DNA from: an uncultured Gammaproteobacteria bacterium
GTDB taxonomy: Bacteria > Patescibacteriota > Microgenomatia > Levybacterales > GWA1-39-11
NCBI GenBank assembly: GCA_964511305.1
Contig: CAZEEU010000004.1
Span: forward strand, 4,093-68,092
Direction: 5' to 3'
DNA length: 64,000 bases
In this document: piece by piece, positions 29,347 to 39,895 of the stretch
How the letters are laid out: every line of letters starts with the position of its first letter
How positions within the stretch are numbered: position 1 is the first letter of the stretch
Position numbers and translations under genes: made by a program
The notes under the pieces: model-generated
The model's input: only the letters and a program-made list of their open reading frames with translations
What the model was told of the DNA's origin: nothing
Databases searched by the model: none

Positions 29347-29625
29347 TTGGCCTCACGTACAGCAAAAAATCTACACGTCACTCAAGGTGGAATTACAAGA
29401 TATTGGTGCTTAGAAAACAAAGGATTCGAAACACCTTCGACAAGACCTGTGGATGTTAATAATCGTCTTCATAGAATTTCAAGGTCCACTGATCCAACAG
29501 ACATGGCGGAGTATAAATCAGTGTTAGCGGGGGAAGGTGAACACCAAATGGTCTCTGGAAAATATATAACACTACCCTGGGAAGTGATCACAGAACCTGT
29601 TGTTACCGCAATTATTCAAATGTAA
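29347..29625 (+). CDS. hypothetical protein (92 aa, TTG start), in frame with the preceding ORF
   Basis: No SD before the TTG; no stops between the TGA at 29307 and this ORF. Confidence 0.35.
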   Translation: MASRTAKNLHVTQGGITRYWCLENKGFETPSTRPVDVNNRLHRISRSTDPTDMAEYKSVLAGEGEHQMVSGKYITLPWEVITEPVVTAIIQM

Positions 29626-29675
29626 TTAGAATAAGCCTGCTTGTAATCAGCTAATTTTAATGGAAGAATGGTTAT

Positions 29676-30383
29676 ATGGAAGAAGCAACAGTCGAGACGC
29701 CAAAGGAGAACACTCTCCCAAAGCCTCAACCTATGATCGTCAAAAAGAATAACAACGCACCACTCGTTGGCGCAATTATTTTTTTAGCACTCGTTATTGG
29801 GGCTGCAGCGGTCTATCTTGGAACTCAGAAAAATAATGAGATAGCTGTTGCTATACCTACAACGCCAACTCCAACGATTGCCACTCAAAATACTCCATCC
29901 TCACCGCCATCCGCCTCGCCTGTCCAAGACATTACCTTGAAGTGGGAAAGCGCAAATATCCCAAAGCTAAAAGATTCTTCATTCTATTCTTTTAACATAA
30001 AGCATCCTGCAGACTGGGTAGCAAAAGAATCTAAAAATGAAGTTTCGCAAACTTTAACGATCACCAAGGGTAAAAATGAAATTAAAATCTACCAAGCACC
30101 AATGGGAGGCGGGGGATGTATTTTTGAAGGTGATGTGCCTGAGGGACCTTTCAGTGATTACAGAAATGCAAGCCACGTTGATATCAAAGTGGGGAACTTA
30201 ACAATTAAAAGAGTTGAGGTTGGTAAAAATTCATATGCTTTCTGCGGCAATAGCACAAATTCTATTTCTACATTCGGTGTACCTACACTATTTGGTGTAA
30301 TAAGCTATGAAGTAGAAAGCTCTACTGCTGAAATTCTAGCGGAAATGGATAAAATACTCTCAACGCTCAAAGCTCAAGAATAG
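29676..30383 (+). CDS. membrane-anchored extracellular hypothetical protein
   Basis: N-terminal TM (LVGAIIFLALVIGAAAVYLG), Thr/Pro-rich linker. Confidence 0.5.
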   Translation: MEEATVETPKENTLPKPQPMIVKKNNNAPLVGAIIFLALVIGAAAVYLGTQKNNEIAVAIPTTPTPTIATQNTPSSPPSASPVQDITLKWESANIPKLKDSSFYSFNIKHPADWVAKESKNEVSQTLTITKGKNEIKIYQAPMGGGGCIFEGDVPEGPFSDYRNASHVDIKVGNLTIKRVEVGKNSYAFCGNSTNSISTFGVPTLFGVISYEVESSTAEILAEMDKILSTLKAQE

Positions 30384-31128
30384 CTTTTAATGGAAAGTGG
30401 TCAGATACATCTACATCTGGCATCTCACTACTCACAACTCTTAAATTTTTTGTAACTAATATTTTATCAACGGACTCAGAAGCATACTCTGGATTGTCCT
30501 TGTGATTCATATTAAATGTTAAAGGAAGACTTCCACCAAATACATTATGAAGGTTCAATTTTTCCTCAATATCATGCATTACAGTTGTATCTGGCCTAAT
30601 ATTTGCGTCCCCAGCTATGATCACCGACTCCTTACCTGACAAGGTTTTTATAATTACGTCTTTCATTATCAATCGTTCTTTTGAATCACCCCCATGGTTA
30701 TTCCAAACTCCATGCCAACTATAGACAAAAAGCTCCTTTCCATTTGCATCAAGCTTTGTCTCAAGCATTCCTTCAGCAGCCAAACGAGGATCGGAATCGA
30801 CTCGAAAATCATATTTTGTAAAGGGAAGATCAAAAAGAACTGTATTTGAGGATAGAATCGGAAATTTTGAAAATACAGCATTACCCCAGAGGACGTTAAC
30901 ACCAGTATCTAAGACTGTTGCACCAAATGCGCTATGTGGGAGAAAATCACCAAACTCTTTTGAAAATTCCTCCATCGTCCTAAATCTTTTTTCAAGATTT
31001 TGATCGTGACCGTCATATACTTCCTGGATTGCAAGAATATCCGGCTTTTCTTCACTAATGAATTTGGTCATATTGTCCCAAATTTTGCCTCCAAACCAAA
31101 TATTTAGTGTCACAAATTTTATGATCAT
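30367..31128 (-). CDS. endonuclease/exonuclease/phosphatase (EEP) family protein
   Basis: LNIWFGG...ILAIQEV N-terminus and C-terminal SDHFPL motif of the DNase I-like EEP fold. Confidence 0.75.
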   Translation of the reverse strand: MIIKFVTLNIWFGGKIWDNMTKFISEEKPDILAIQEVYDGHDQNLEKRFRTMEEFSKEFGDFLPHSAFGATVLDTGVNVLWGNAVFSKFPILSSNTVLFDLPFTKYDFRVDSDPRLAAEGMLETKLDANGKELFVYSWHGVWNNHGGDSKERLIMKDVIIKTLSGKESVIIAGDANIRPDTTVMHDIEEKLNLHNVFGGSLPLTFNMNHKDNPEYASESVDKILVTKNLRVVSSEMPDVDVSDHFPLKAILEL

Positions 31129-31934
31129 ATCGATTCAAATGTTGCAGTAAGCGGAAAATGATCCGAAACATCAGCATCAAGACACTCTTTCTCGATAATC
31201 TTGATTCCTTTTCCTGTAAATATCATATCAACTGCGGCCGTAGCATATCCAGGATTGTTTTTGTATTTCATATTAAATGTTGAAATAAGGGTTTCTCCAA
31301 ATATATTTTCTACTCCTGCATCCTCAAGTATTTGTACAGTTTTTTTCGCATCCATAGTAAAGTTGGTATCTCCTGCAAGGATAACATTGGTTTTTCCTTT
31401 AATTTTTGAGGCAATTCTTTTTGCCATTTCAATTCTGGTAGCACTATCAAGCCCATCCCTCCCCCAAACACCATGTATGTTGTAGACATAAAGCTTTTGA
31501 TTATCAACGATTAGCTCTAAGTTCTGCGTTATTGCAGGGTGAATTGAATAGTCAGCAGTGCCCTTTTCATCAACTATGGTATATGGCACGCTTAACTCAG
31601 TTTTTGTATTACTTTTTATTTCAAATTTGCTGTAGATACAATTACCATGCTCTGCACCCTCATCAATTTCAGTAATAAAAAAGCAAGAGCTCTGGAAAGC
31701 CTTAAAGGGTAATTTCTCTTTAAAGATACTGCCGAATTCACTAAAAGCCCTAAATCTTTGTTCTCGATCTTGTAAATTACTGTCATAAACTTCTTGGAAC
31801 AGAACTATATCTGGGTCTTGTTCTTCAATAAGCCTCACGATATTGTCAAAAAGCTTTCCACCATGCTCAATGTTAAGGGTTAGAAGTTTTATGCGCATGT
31901 TCGATGTTGCAGTATGAAGCAGAGCTTCTAGCAT
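31125..31934 (-). CDS. endonuclease/exonuclease/phosphatase (EEP) family protein, tandem paralog of the downstream gene
   Basis: LNIEHGG...VLFQEV and C-terminal SDHFPL; 4-nt overlap with the paralog. Confidence 0.75.
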   Translation of the reverse strand: MLEALLHTATSNMRIKLLTLNIEHGGKLFDNIVRLIEEQDPDIVLFQEVYDSNLQDREQRFRAFSEFGSIFKEKLPFKAFQSSCFFITEIDEGAEHGNCIYSKFEIKSNTKTELSVPYTIVDEKGTADYSIHPAITQNLELIVDNQKLYVYNIHGVWGRDGLDSATRIEMAKRIASKIKGKTNVILAGDTNFTMDAKKTVQILEDAGVENIFGETLISTFNMKYKNNPGYATAAVDMIFTGKGIKIIEKECLDADVSDHFPLTATFESI

Positions 31935-32039
31935 ACGGTATGAATCTCCTTTCAGGCGGTTTTACCGCTATGAATTTTTCTTCAATCGATTTTATCGATA
32001 TGAAGCGAAGCTTCTACCTTACGGTATAATACACGATAT

Positions 32040-32669
32040 ATGGAAGGTGTATTTGCTGTCAACAAACCTAAAGGTATCACTTCTCACGATGTCGTGAATG
32101 CAGTTAGGCGCAAAACAGGCATAAGACGCGTTGGTCATGGAGGAACTCTTGATCCTATGGCAGAAGGAGTCTTGGTTATTGCTGTTGGGCGTGAAAATAC
32201 CCGACTGTTAGACCAGTATGTTAAGGGTGAAAAGGAATATATTGCTGGTATCTTTTTAGGTGCTCAAAGTGACACATATGATGCAGAAGGAGTAATCGAA
32301 AATGTAAATACAAATATTAAGCCTTCAAAGGATGAAATACTTGAAGTGATCAAATTATTTGTTGGTAAAATTGAGCAAATTCCACCCATTTATTCCTCCG
32401 TGAAAATATCGGGAAAACCCGCACATAGACGGGTAAGGGCCGGTCAAGAAGTTACACTTGAAGCACGAAGTGTTGAAATAATGAATATCACCCTACTTTC
32501 GTATGAATATCCACATTTGAAACTCAAGGTGGCAACGGGGCCTGGCGTATATATACGCTCACTCGCCTACGATATAGGCAGAATTCTTGGCACAGGAGCT
32601 TATCTTGAAAGTCTTGTACGAACAAAAGTAGGGAATTTCACAATTGAACAGGCAATTGAACTTGAATAA
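32040..32669 (+). CDS. truB: tRNA pseudouridine(55) synthase
   Basis: GHGGTLDPMAEGVLVIAVG catalytic Asp motif. Confidence 0.9.
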   Translation: MEGVFAVNKPKGITSHDVVNAVRRKTGIRRVGHGGTLDPMAEGVLVIAVGRENTRLLDQYVKGEKEYIAGIFLGAQSDTYDAEGVIENVNTNIKPSKDEILEVIKLFVGKIEQIPPIYSSVKISGKPAHRRVRAGQEVTLEARSVEIMNITLLSYEYPHLKLKVATGPGVYIRSLAYDIGRILGTGAYLESLVRTKVGNFTIEQAIELE

Positions 32670-32688
32670 GAGCCAGTTCACTATCTAA

Positions 32689-34530
32689 CTAATGCGTGAA
32701 ATCGTAACTCATTGCTTTCTTTTGATAAGGGAAAAATATAACTTCATCTGTCTCAGGGTCTATTCTGCAAAATATTCTGACAGGTCCTCTTTTAATTTTA
32801 TAGTACTCTATTCCATTAATTGTTTCTTTTATCCAAACTCTTCGTATTGACTCAGGCATCTGCAAAAACCAATCGATCGCCCGCACTATGCTAGTCGATT
32901 TAATTGAAAAAGCTTCATTATTGGCTTGAAAAAGCATGTCGAGACATCTTGTTTTTTCATCTAAATTGTCGCCAACAATTTCATTTCGCCTTGCATCATT
33001 GTAGTCGTGGGCAACATATATTTTTCTACCACTAAAGCTTTCGCTATTTACTTGATCTCCTACCTTTTGCGTTTCTTCTTCAATCTCTTTTATTTCCTGT
33101 TCGTCTTTTGTGGGCGCCTGTGGAGCTTGGGGAATGTCTTTCTTAACTTGGCCAGAGTCCAACGTTAGCAATAGGTCTTGATGTGTTTCCAACCATTTGC
33201 GATGTGTCTTAAGTATGTCTTTTGCGAGAGGGGTTTTCTGATTTGCTTCATCCATTGAAAAATACTTACTAAATAATCTCGCAATTTCGAAAAGAACCTC
33301 ATTCGGATTCTGTGCTGAAGATGCCAACTCTTGCAAGTACCCAACTTCACTAGTGTCTAGATGTCCTAATACGGAACCTAGTTCGAATTTAACCAACTTA
33401 TAGCGTCCTTTATCATTTTTCTTTAATTCATATAATTCTGCGTCACTTCTTTCTCTACTGAACCAATCAATAACCTCTTTAAGACTAACCATATCAACTG
33501 CCCTCTTGGCGTCCTTTAGCTTTTCTTCTAGCCATAAGGACACTGCTTCATCGCTATAGCCAAATTTATCCAAGTATTCTTGAACAACACTTGCTGTCAG
33601 GTCATTATAGGCTTTATCATCCCTCGCAGTCTCATCAGATATCCGTAAAAACAATGCTGTACGCACCAGTGATGTACTATTTTCCCCAAGGGATCGTCTA
33701 GTTTTTTCAAAGTAATCCATGTGCTTAGCATGTTTTGTTTTGTAGCGGTCATCAATTGTGTCAAACTTTCTCGCGAAAGCATGGACAAGATCTTTTGAAA
33801 GATCGAATTCTTTCTCATCCTCAGATAATTCTCTTTCTACAATTTCACTTGCTGGTAGATGCTCACCAAGCTCAAAGAACCAATTTGGATAATTTCCTTC
33901 AATTGTATTTGCTCTCTGAACGCCCGGTGGGTATGTTCTGCCCTTGTCACCATAAATCAGCGTATCAAAAGTTCCATTCTCAGAAAGAAATTTAGTCCAG
34001 TCAGCCCTATTTCCAGTAAACCATGCGGGAATATTTTTAACGTGCTTTTGTGCCCACTCACCTTGCAGTCCTGAGTTGGCTTCCATAAGCATTCTTCGAT
34101 TGAATTCTTCACTTGAATCATGGCGCCCAAAGACTCTGTCATTGTTATATGCAACCATTGTCTTAAATAAGTCTACAAAGTCTGTGTCTCCCACAGAATC
34201 TTGGAACTTTTCCCTCAGAATTATATAAGCTCTTCCTACATTTATTGATGAAGCAAGATCAATAGATCTACCCAAACTTACCTGAATTGCGTCATTCGTT
34301 CGTTCCATTGATTCAATACTAGCTTCGCTAAAAGCATACAGTGCACTAACAGCATTTCTATGATTTCGTACGAAGGTTGTATATAGAGGAAGCTCGTTAC
34401 TGAGGGAAGCTCTGTCTCTTTCAACTAAATATTGAAAAACGGTGCTTGTATTAATTGGTCTTAGAGGTTCTTGATCTGGATTTATCGGTTGTGAGGGTCG
34501 ATTAACAATTTCGTTTGTGGGCATAACCAT
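32689..34530 (-). CDS. large (613 aa) cytoplasmic hypothetical protein
   Basis: No TM, no recognisable catalytic motif; C-terminal ~60 aa (RIFCRIDPETDEVIFF) faintly RelE/ParE-like. Confidence 0.55.
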   Translation of the reverse strand: MVMPTNEIVNRPSQPINPDQEPLRPINTSTVFQYLVERDRASLSNELPLYTTFVRNHRNAVSALYAFSEASIESMERTNDAIQVSLGRSIDLASSINVGRAYIILREKFQDSVGDTDFVDLFKTMVAYNNDRVFGRHDSSEEFNRRMLMEANSGLQGEWAQKHVKNIPAWFTGNRADWTKFLSENGTFDTLIYGDKGRTYPPGVQRANTIEGNYPNWFFELGEHLPASEIVERELSEDEKEFDLSKDLVHAFARKFDTIDDRYKTKHAKHMDYFEKTRRSLGENSTSLVRTALFLRISDETARDDKAYNDLTASVVQEYLDKFGYSDEAVSLWLEEKLKDAKRAVDMVSLKEVIDWFSRERSDAELYELKKNDKGRYKLVKFELGSVLGHLDTSEVGYLQELASSAQNPNEVLFEIARLFSKYFSMDEANQKTPLAKDILKTHRKWLETHQDLLLTLDSGQVKKDIPQAPQAPTKDEQEIKEIEEETQKVGDQVNSESFSGRKIYVAHDYNDARRNEIVGDNLDEKTRCLDMLFQANNEAFSIKSTSIVRAIDWFLQMPESIRRVWIKETINGIEYYKIKRGPVRIFCRIDPETDEVIFFPYQKKAMSYDFTH

Positions 34531-34563
34531 CTTTCCTCGTCTGCACCGTAAAAATAGTTATAG

Positions 34564-35025
34564 CTATTTTTCGTCTGCGCCGTAAAGGTGAGGGGTGTCA
34601 GTTCTTTCCCAAGTGAAAAGATCTGAGTCTGCAAAAATTATTCCGATCTCTTTATCTGCTGCTTCTTTTGATTCTGAAGCATGAATTAAATTCATTTGAG
34701 TACTTATCGCGTAGTCTCCTCTGATTGTTCCTGGCTCTGCTTGTCGTGCCTGGGTAATACCGATCATTTTTCTAACAACCGATGCAGCTTCTACACCTTC
34801 CCAAGCCATTGCAACTATTGGATATGAAGTCATAAAACTTTTAAGTGCAGGGAAGAAAGATCGTTCTTTGTGATGAGCGTACCATTCATCAATAATCTCA
34901 TCGGTCATGTTCATCATTTTAAGAGCACAAAGCTTAAGGCCCTTATTTTCAAATCTTGCGATGATTTCACCAATAAGCCCTCTTTGGACTCCATCTGGTT
35001 TAACTAATACGACTGTTTTTTCCAT
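34564..35025 (-). CDS. ndk: nucleoside diphosphate kinase (start at MEKTVVLVKPDG)
   Basis: VKPDGVQRGLIGEII, NLIHASES (catalytic His) motifs. Confidence 0.9.
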   Translation of the reverse strand: MEKTVVLVKPDGVQRGLIGEIIARFENKGLKLCALKMMNMTDEIIDEWYAHHKERSFFPALKSFMTSYPIVAMAWEGVEAASVVRKMIGITQARQAEPGTIRGDYAISTQMNLIHASESKEAADKEIGIIFADSDLFTWERTDTPHLYGADEK

Positions 35026-35069
35026 ATTTGTAATTCTACTAAGACGTAGCTTAAAAAGCAATAAAAGAA

Positions 35070-36416
35070 CTATGCTGCAGTTATGTCAACTCTTGCCCAA
35101 TAGTGTAATTGTTTATTGTCTTCAACTACCTTCACAACGCCTTCATCTTGAAGAACCTCCATATATTTTCGTGCAGTAAGCCTACCAACATGTATTCCTT
35201 GCTCCTCAAGCATAATGAGAATATCTCTGTTCGATAACGGCGTCTCGGATCTAAAAATCATATCTCTTAGTGCCTCTATAACGTCGTCTCCGTCTGGAGG
35301 ATTTGCGCTAGGAGAAAATCTTCGTGCTTTTGCTAAAAGAGCTCTTACTGCGTGTGGGTCAGAGAAAATTTCTCTTGCATACCGCTTGCCACGAGACATT
35401 ACTTCCGGATCTCTTCTTTGAAAAGCTTCAAGATCGGTTATAACTGGAGATATTAATTCTCTTTGCTGCTCATTTAGATAGGCACGAGATTGATCTTCTT
35501 TATGAAAACCTATGCTCTGAAGGTAATTTCCTTTTTCCAAATATTTTAAGATTCCTGCAATTTTCCCCTTTATATCTGCCTCCTTCTCCCGATGAGGAAA
35601 TGCCTTCAAAACCTCGTTTGGAGTAATAGCAGATAGACTACCGCTTTTTATTAGCAAGTAAACTTCCTTTGTTAAAGTTACATTTTCACCAAATGAGCGT
35701 GGAAAAGTCTCAGGAAAAACTTCTGCCGGAATATATGAGGCAAATCCTTTTCGATCGCCTACCTCATAGGTAATTATTCCCGCACGTGAAAGATTTAATA
35801 AGTCTTCGGCTAACTTCTCATCTCCTTGATTCGCTACTAAATCAGTCCACCGTCTCGGGGTGTCTGCATGAACCAGACTCCGAAGAATCTTATATTGCCT
35901 TCCGGGTGTTCGGCTTCGAACACTCATTTCAACTCCGTTTGAGTTTATTATTTCCGTTCTTACAGAGCTTGATTTTGTACTTCCGAAGCCATAATAAAGA
36001 GGAATTCCGGATTCCATGGAAAAATTGAGCAACAACCCGGACAACGCCACTCCTTCCTGACCTCCTGTCGGGGTTAGGGAGTATCCATACAAGTTATCTT
36101 GTGAATCAACTACTTTTTGAGCAACCAATCCCACATCTTCAAAGGAAGGGCAGCAATACCCCCATAGAATGCTCTTTCGTATGTCCCACGTTTCATTAGC
36201 TACTTCACCTACAGGCACTTTCTGCGCTTGCCTCATTATTTGCCTTAAATCAGAACGAGAAAAAACCATGTCAGGCCGAGTTGACATTCCTGCCATGAGT
36301 AAAGCTTTCGACTCGCTGTTGCCAACAGCAGCTAAATATCCACCCATCTCCAAATCAGACATTCTTTCTCGCGGGGCATGTTCTACATTACCTATACCTG
36401 CTTCAAATGGATTCAT
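35070..36416 (-). CDS. hypothetical 448-aa protein with C-terminal winged-helix-like domains
   Basis: C-terminus ...SNRDILIMLEEQGIHVGRLTARKYMEVLQDEGVV resembles a wHTH; no enzymatic motif. Confidence 0.55.
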   Translation of the reverse strand: MNPFEAGIGNVEHAPRERMSDLEMGGYLAAVGNSESKALLMAGMSTRPDMVFSRSDLRQIMRQAQKVPVGEVANETWDIRKSILWGYCCPSFEDVGLVAQKVVDSQDNLYGYSLTPTGGQEGVALSGLLLNFSMESGIPLYYGFGSTKSSSVRTEIINSNGVEMSVRSRTPGRQYKILRSLVHADTPRRWTDLVANQGDEKLAEDLLNLSRAGIITYEVGDRKGFASYIPAEVFPETFPRSFGENVTLTKEVYLLIKSGSLSAITPNEVLKAFPHREKEADIKGKIAGILKYLEKGNYLQSIGFHKEDQSRAYLNEQQRELISPVITDLEAFQRRDPEVMSRGKRYAREIFSDPHAVRALLAKARRFSPSANPPDGDDVIEALRDMIFRSETPLSNRDILIMLEEQGIHVGRLTARKYMEVLQDEGVVKVVEDNKQLHYWARVDITAA

Positions 36417-36486
36417 GTGGATATTATACCAAATTCACTATGGGATAGTAATAGTGGAGCTAGACAAGGTTTGCTATACTAGCATC

Positions 36487-37137
36487 ATGAGCGAAGGAGG
36501 GGAAATTGATTACAATCAAAGGGTTGATGCAGAAGCAGCCCGCATAACTGAGGTTATGCGAGCAATAGAAGGAAGAGTTAGGGGAATGAAAGAGCAAGGG
36601 ATACAAGTTCCTGCTGATGAACCTACAAAATTTGCACGATTAGATCAAAAAGCATCACCAGAACAACGAAAAATTGCGAGAAGCGCAATAGATACTCTTA
36701 TTAAAGTCACTACAATAAAAGCGCAGAAAGAAGATGTACTCGCAGAAGAAGGCGACTACAAATTTACTTACAATCAAGGTGGAATAGATGTAGAAGTACG
36801 TATACCTAACTACCAGGACGACCATATCGATGCTCCTTCAGAAAAACTAAGCTTACGTCTTGATACATGGGGGAGAAACGATGTGAAAATCGATTTTGAC
36901 TCAAGAGATAAAGGAGTATTCCAGTTGGGAATAGTTTTTGCAGAACCTGATGGTGAAGATCTAATAAATGTTCTGCCCTACAACTCAGGCGAGGTCAACA
37001 TAGGGGACATGCGTGTTGATGAGGCAGATTTAATTCAAAACTTTGCTACAGAGGTAGCAGATCTATTAGATCCTCAATATTCGTGTCATCCAATGACCGA
37101 ATTTTCTTCACCACCCACTCGGATACCATTGAGCTAA
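36487..37137 (+). CDS. hypothetical acidic protein (start chosen at MSEGGEIDYNQ; the listed upstream start overlaps the convergent gene)
   Basis: ORF; no recognisable domain. Confidence 0.45.
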   Translation: MSEGGEIDYNQRVDAEAARITEVMRAIEGRVRGMKEQGIQVPADEPTKFARLDQKASPEQRKIARSAIDTLIKVTTIKAQKEDVLAEEGDYKFTYNQGGIDVEVRIPNYQDDHIDAPSEKLSLRLDTWGRNDVKIDFDSRDKGVFQLGIVFAEPDGEDLINVLPYNSGEVNIGDMRVDEADLIQNFATEVADLLDPQYSCHPMTEFSSPPTRIPLS

Positions 37138-38522
37138 GCTTCTGACACTGGAGGTTCCAGAGGAGCTTCTGAAGCAAATTCTTCCCGAACATCTGCTAGC
37201 TGAGCCTTGCCAACATTTTTTGCTCTAATTTTTTTTATTGCATCAAGAATTATCCCGCTCATTCTGTCATTTGCATAAATCTCATGTCCACCCCCCACCA
37301 TACTAATTGGTACCGTAGGGTAGTCTCCTCTTTCACGTGCCTTTTGAGTTATGGCAAGCTCTCTATCAATAAACTGTTTTGCTATGCCTGCTTCTTCGGG
37401 TGTCAAATCCTTTGCCCTAATTGGCCTCTTACCCTTTCTTGGTAGATCTTCTTCAGCTATTTGGATATCCTCACCCATTTCGGAAGCCTTCTTAACGCGT
37501 TCGGCTATTTCGGAAGCTCTTTCTGCCTGCTCAGCTAGATCAACTAAATATTCCGATATATTCGGCTTTTTAGTTTTTTCCGGTCTAATAAGTGATGGCT
37601 GCCCCCATCTATTGCCGCCTACTGACTTCTCAGCAATATTCTTCCATATTCTTTGAGAAGCGTTCAGTTCATCCGTATCCCCCTGAATAATTACTGCGGG
37701 AATTCCCCACTCATGAAGCCTTTGAAAATCATCATAAATATCTGCACCCCCCATTCCCACAACCTCACGAACAGTTCTTTCTATATTGTTCAACATGAAA
37801 TTTTTTGCCTGCTCCCCATAGATGGCTTCTTTCTCTTTCTGCTCATCACTAAAGTCTTTTGCCTTTTCATTTTCCTTGAGTCTTCGCCTCACAATCGAAA
37901 CTGCATTATCTTTGCCCCCCAAACCCATCGGACTTATTACAATAACGCCATCAACCCTTGTTCTTAAATGTGGCATATGCTTAAGCATTGAGACAATTCT
38001 TATTGTTGCCATTGAATGTCCAACAAGTTTTACTTTTTTCTGAGGCATTTTTTCAATAAATTGACCCAAAAGCTTGGCCTGTCTATTAAGCTCTCTTGAA
38101 TACCCATCTTCTCCTTTTACCCTTCTTCCCTTTCCTTCAAAATCAAGGGTTATCACGTGCTCTCCGCCAGCTACCACACCTGCCATTGTATCCCCTACGT
38201 CTTTTTGATCCCCAAAAGCACCAACCATTGATATCACTGGCTCATCATGATCAGAATTAGGAATTGCAGGTCGCATATCCCTATAAACGACTTTCCCATC
38301 AGGAAATACGATTTCTTGAAGTGGAAATTTTGCTCTTAATTTTTCTTGGATTTGTGTTTTTGCTTTAACAACCGTTGCAGGAGCACTACCTGCAGCCTCA
38401 ATAAATGGATAAGACTCATCTATTGGCTGCTGACCTCCGCTTGCCTCCGTCAACGGGAAAGAGTTGGATGTACCTGCATCTGACGCTTGTTCATGTGGCA
38501 TTTCTACACTTTCCTCAGGCAT
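37134..38522 (-). CDS. alpha/beta-hydrolase fold protein with long charged C-terminal extension
   Basis: Nucleophile elbow GHSMA (G-x-S-x-G) in KVKLVGHSMATI, downstream Asp/His candidates. Confidence 0.65.
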   Translation of the reverse strand: MPEESVEMPHEQASDAGTSNSFPLTEASGGQQPIDESYPFIEAAGSAPATVVKAKTQIQEKLRAKFPLQEIVFPDGKVVYRDMRPAIPNSDHDEPVISMVGAFGDQKDVGDTMAGVVAGGEHVITLDFEGKGRRVKGEDGYSRELNRQAKLLGQFIEKMPQKKVKLVGHSMATIRIVSMLKHMPHLRTRVDGVIVISPMGLGGKDNAVSIVRRRLKENEKAKDFSDEQKEKEAIYGEQAKNFMLNNIERTVREVVGMGGADIYDDFQRLHEWGIPAVIIQGDTDELNASQRIWKNIAEKSVGGNRWGQPSLIRPEKTKKPNISEYLVDLAEQAERASEIAERVKKASEMGEDIQIAEEDLPRKGKRPIRAKDLTPEEAGIAKQFIDRELAITQKARERGDYPTVPISMVGGGHEIYANDRMSGIILDAIKKIRAKNVGKAQLADVREEFASEAPLEPPVSEA

Positions 38523-38524
38523 AT

Positions 38525-39799
38525 CTACTTCAGAAGTTTTTCAAATCTGCTTGTATCTTCGTCGAAATTACCAATAATGGCAAGGCTCAATGCTTTTGTG
38601 TCCAGGTACTCTTTTGCAACCCTCTGGATGTCCTCAATTGTCACTTTATCAATCCTCTCAATGCTTGCTTTTGGATCTGTCAATTTTTCTTCCAAAATTT
38701 CTTGAGAAGCGTACATAACTGCAATATATCGCGTATCTTCAAGCCCCAGCACAAAATGTCCTTTCATATATTCTTTTGCCTTCTTTAGTTCTTCATCGTC
38801 AATTTCACCCTTCTGAGCAACCTTTACATATTCATCAACCGTCACTTTTATTGCCTCATCAACCCTCTTAGGATCAGATCCTATCCATGTTGCAAGGTAT
38901 CCAGCATCAAGATAGTGTTCTGAGCCAGTATTTGCGTAATATGACAATCCTCGACGTTCTCTTATTTCATAAAAAAGACGGGATGACATACCTCCTCCTA
39001 AGATTGATGCAAGAACACTTAGGGGGTATCTGTCTTTTTTGTTATCAAGACCTACTGTTCTGACACCAAGAGCAAAATGTGCCTGCTCTGTCTTTTTGTG
39101 TTTAACTCTAACTATTGGGTGTATCTGCTTTTCGTGCACTGGCAGGTAACTCTTAACCTTAAATCTGTCTACATCTCCAAAATGTTTCTCGATTTTCTTT
39201 AGCATGTCTTCGACATGGACATTTCCTGCAACTACAACTGTCATGTTATGGGCACTGTAGTGCTCTCCCATATACTGCACGAAGTCGTCTCGCTTCATAG
39301 AATTTATTATGTCCGGAGTTCCTGCGGTATCCCATCCAAGTGGGGTATCTCCGTAGAGAAGCATTTCATATACGTCCCCAATATTTCGCATTGGGTTGTC
39401 CTCACTTATACCAATCTCGCCCAAAATAGCGCCCTTTTCTTTTTCAATTTCAGAAGGATCCATGAGTAAATTCTTGAGCATGTCAGATAACACATCAAGA
39501 CAAAGCCCTACGTGCGTTGTTGCTGATTTTATGTAATATCCTGTATATTCTTTTCCGGTAAAAGCATTAAATTCTCCACCAATTCCATCAATAAGGCCAG
39601 AAATTTCTCGTGCTGAAGGTCTATTTGTTGTACCTTTGAAAGCCATGTGCTCCAAAAAATGAGATACACCATTATTTCTGTGCTCCTCGTACCTACTTCC
39701 AGCTCCATACATAACAAGCGTTGTAGCTGATTCAACGCCAAGAACTGGGACAATAATTACTCTAACGCCATTCGGGAGAATACTTCTGTGGTAATGCAT
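38525..39799 (-). CDS. M16 family zinc peptidase (insulinase/pitrilysin-like)
   Basis: Inverted zinc motif HFLEH...E in GVSHFLEHMAFKGT. Confidence 0.85.
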   Translation of the reverse strand: MHYHRSILPNGVRVIIVPVLGVESATTLVMYGAGSRYEEHRNNGVSHFLEHMAFKGTTNRPSAREISGLIDGIGGEFNAFTGKEYTGYYIKSATTHVGLCLDVLSDMLKNLLMDPSEIEKEKGAILGEIGISEDNPMRNIGDVYEMLLYGDTPLGWDTAGTPDIINSMKRDDFVQYMGEHYSAHNMTVVVAGNVHVEDMLKKIEKHFGDVDRFKVKSYLPVHEKQIHPIVRVKHKKTEQAHFALGVRTVGLDNKKDRYPLSVLASILGGGMSSRLFYEIRERRGLSYYANTGSEHYLDAGYLATWIGSDPKRVDEAIKVTVDEYVKVAQKGEIDDEELKKAKEYMKGHFVLGLEDTRYIAVMYASQEILEEKLTDPKASIERIDKVTIEDIQRVAKEYLDTKALSLAIIGNFDEDTSRFEKLLK

Positions 39800-39895
39800 T
39801 TGGAGATAATTCTCTCACAGGATGCATGTGAGTGCAACCAAGCTTTCGCTCTTCTATTATTGATTTCAATATAAGACACACGATATAGTAAATTA

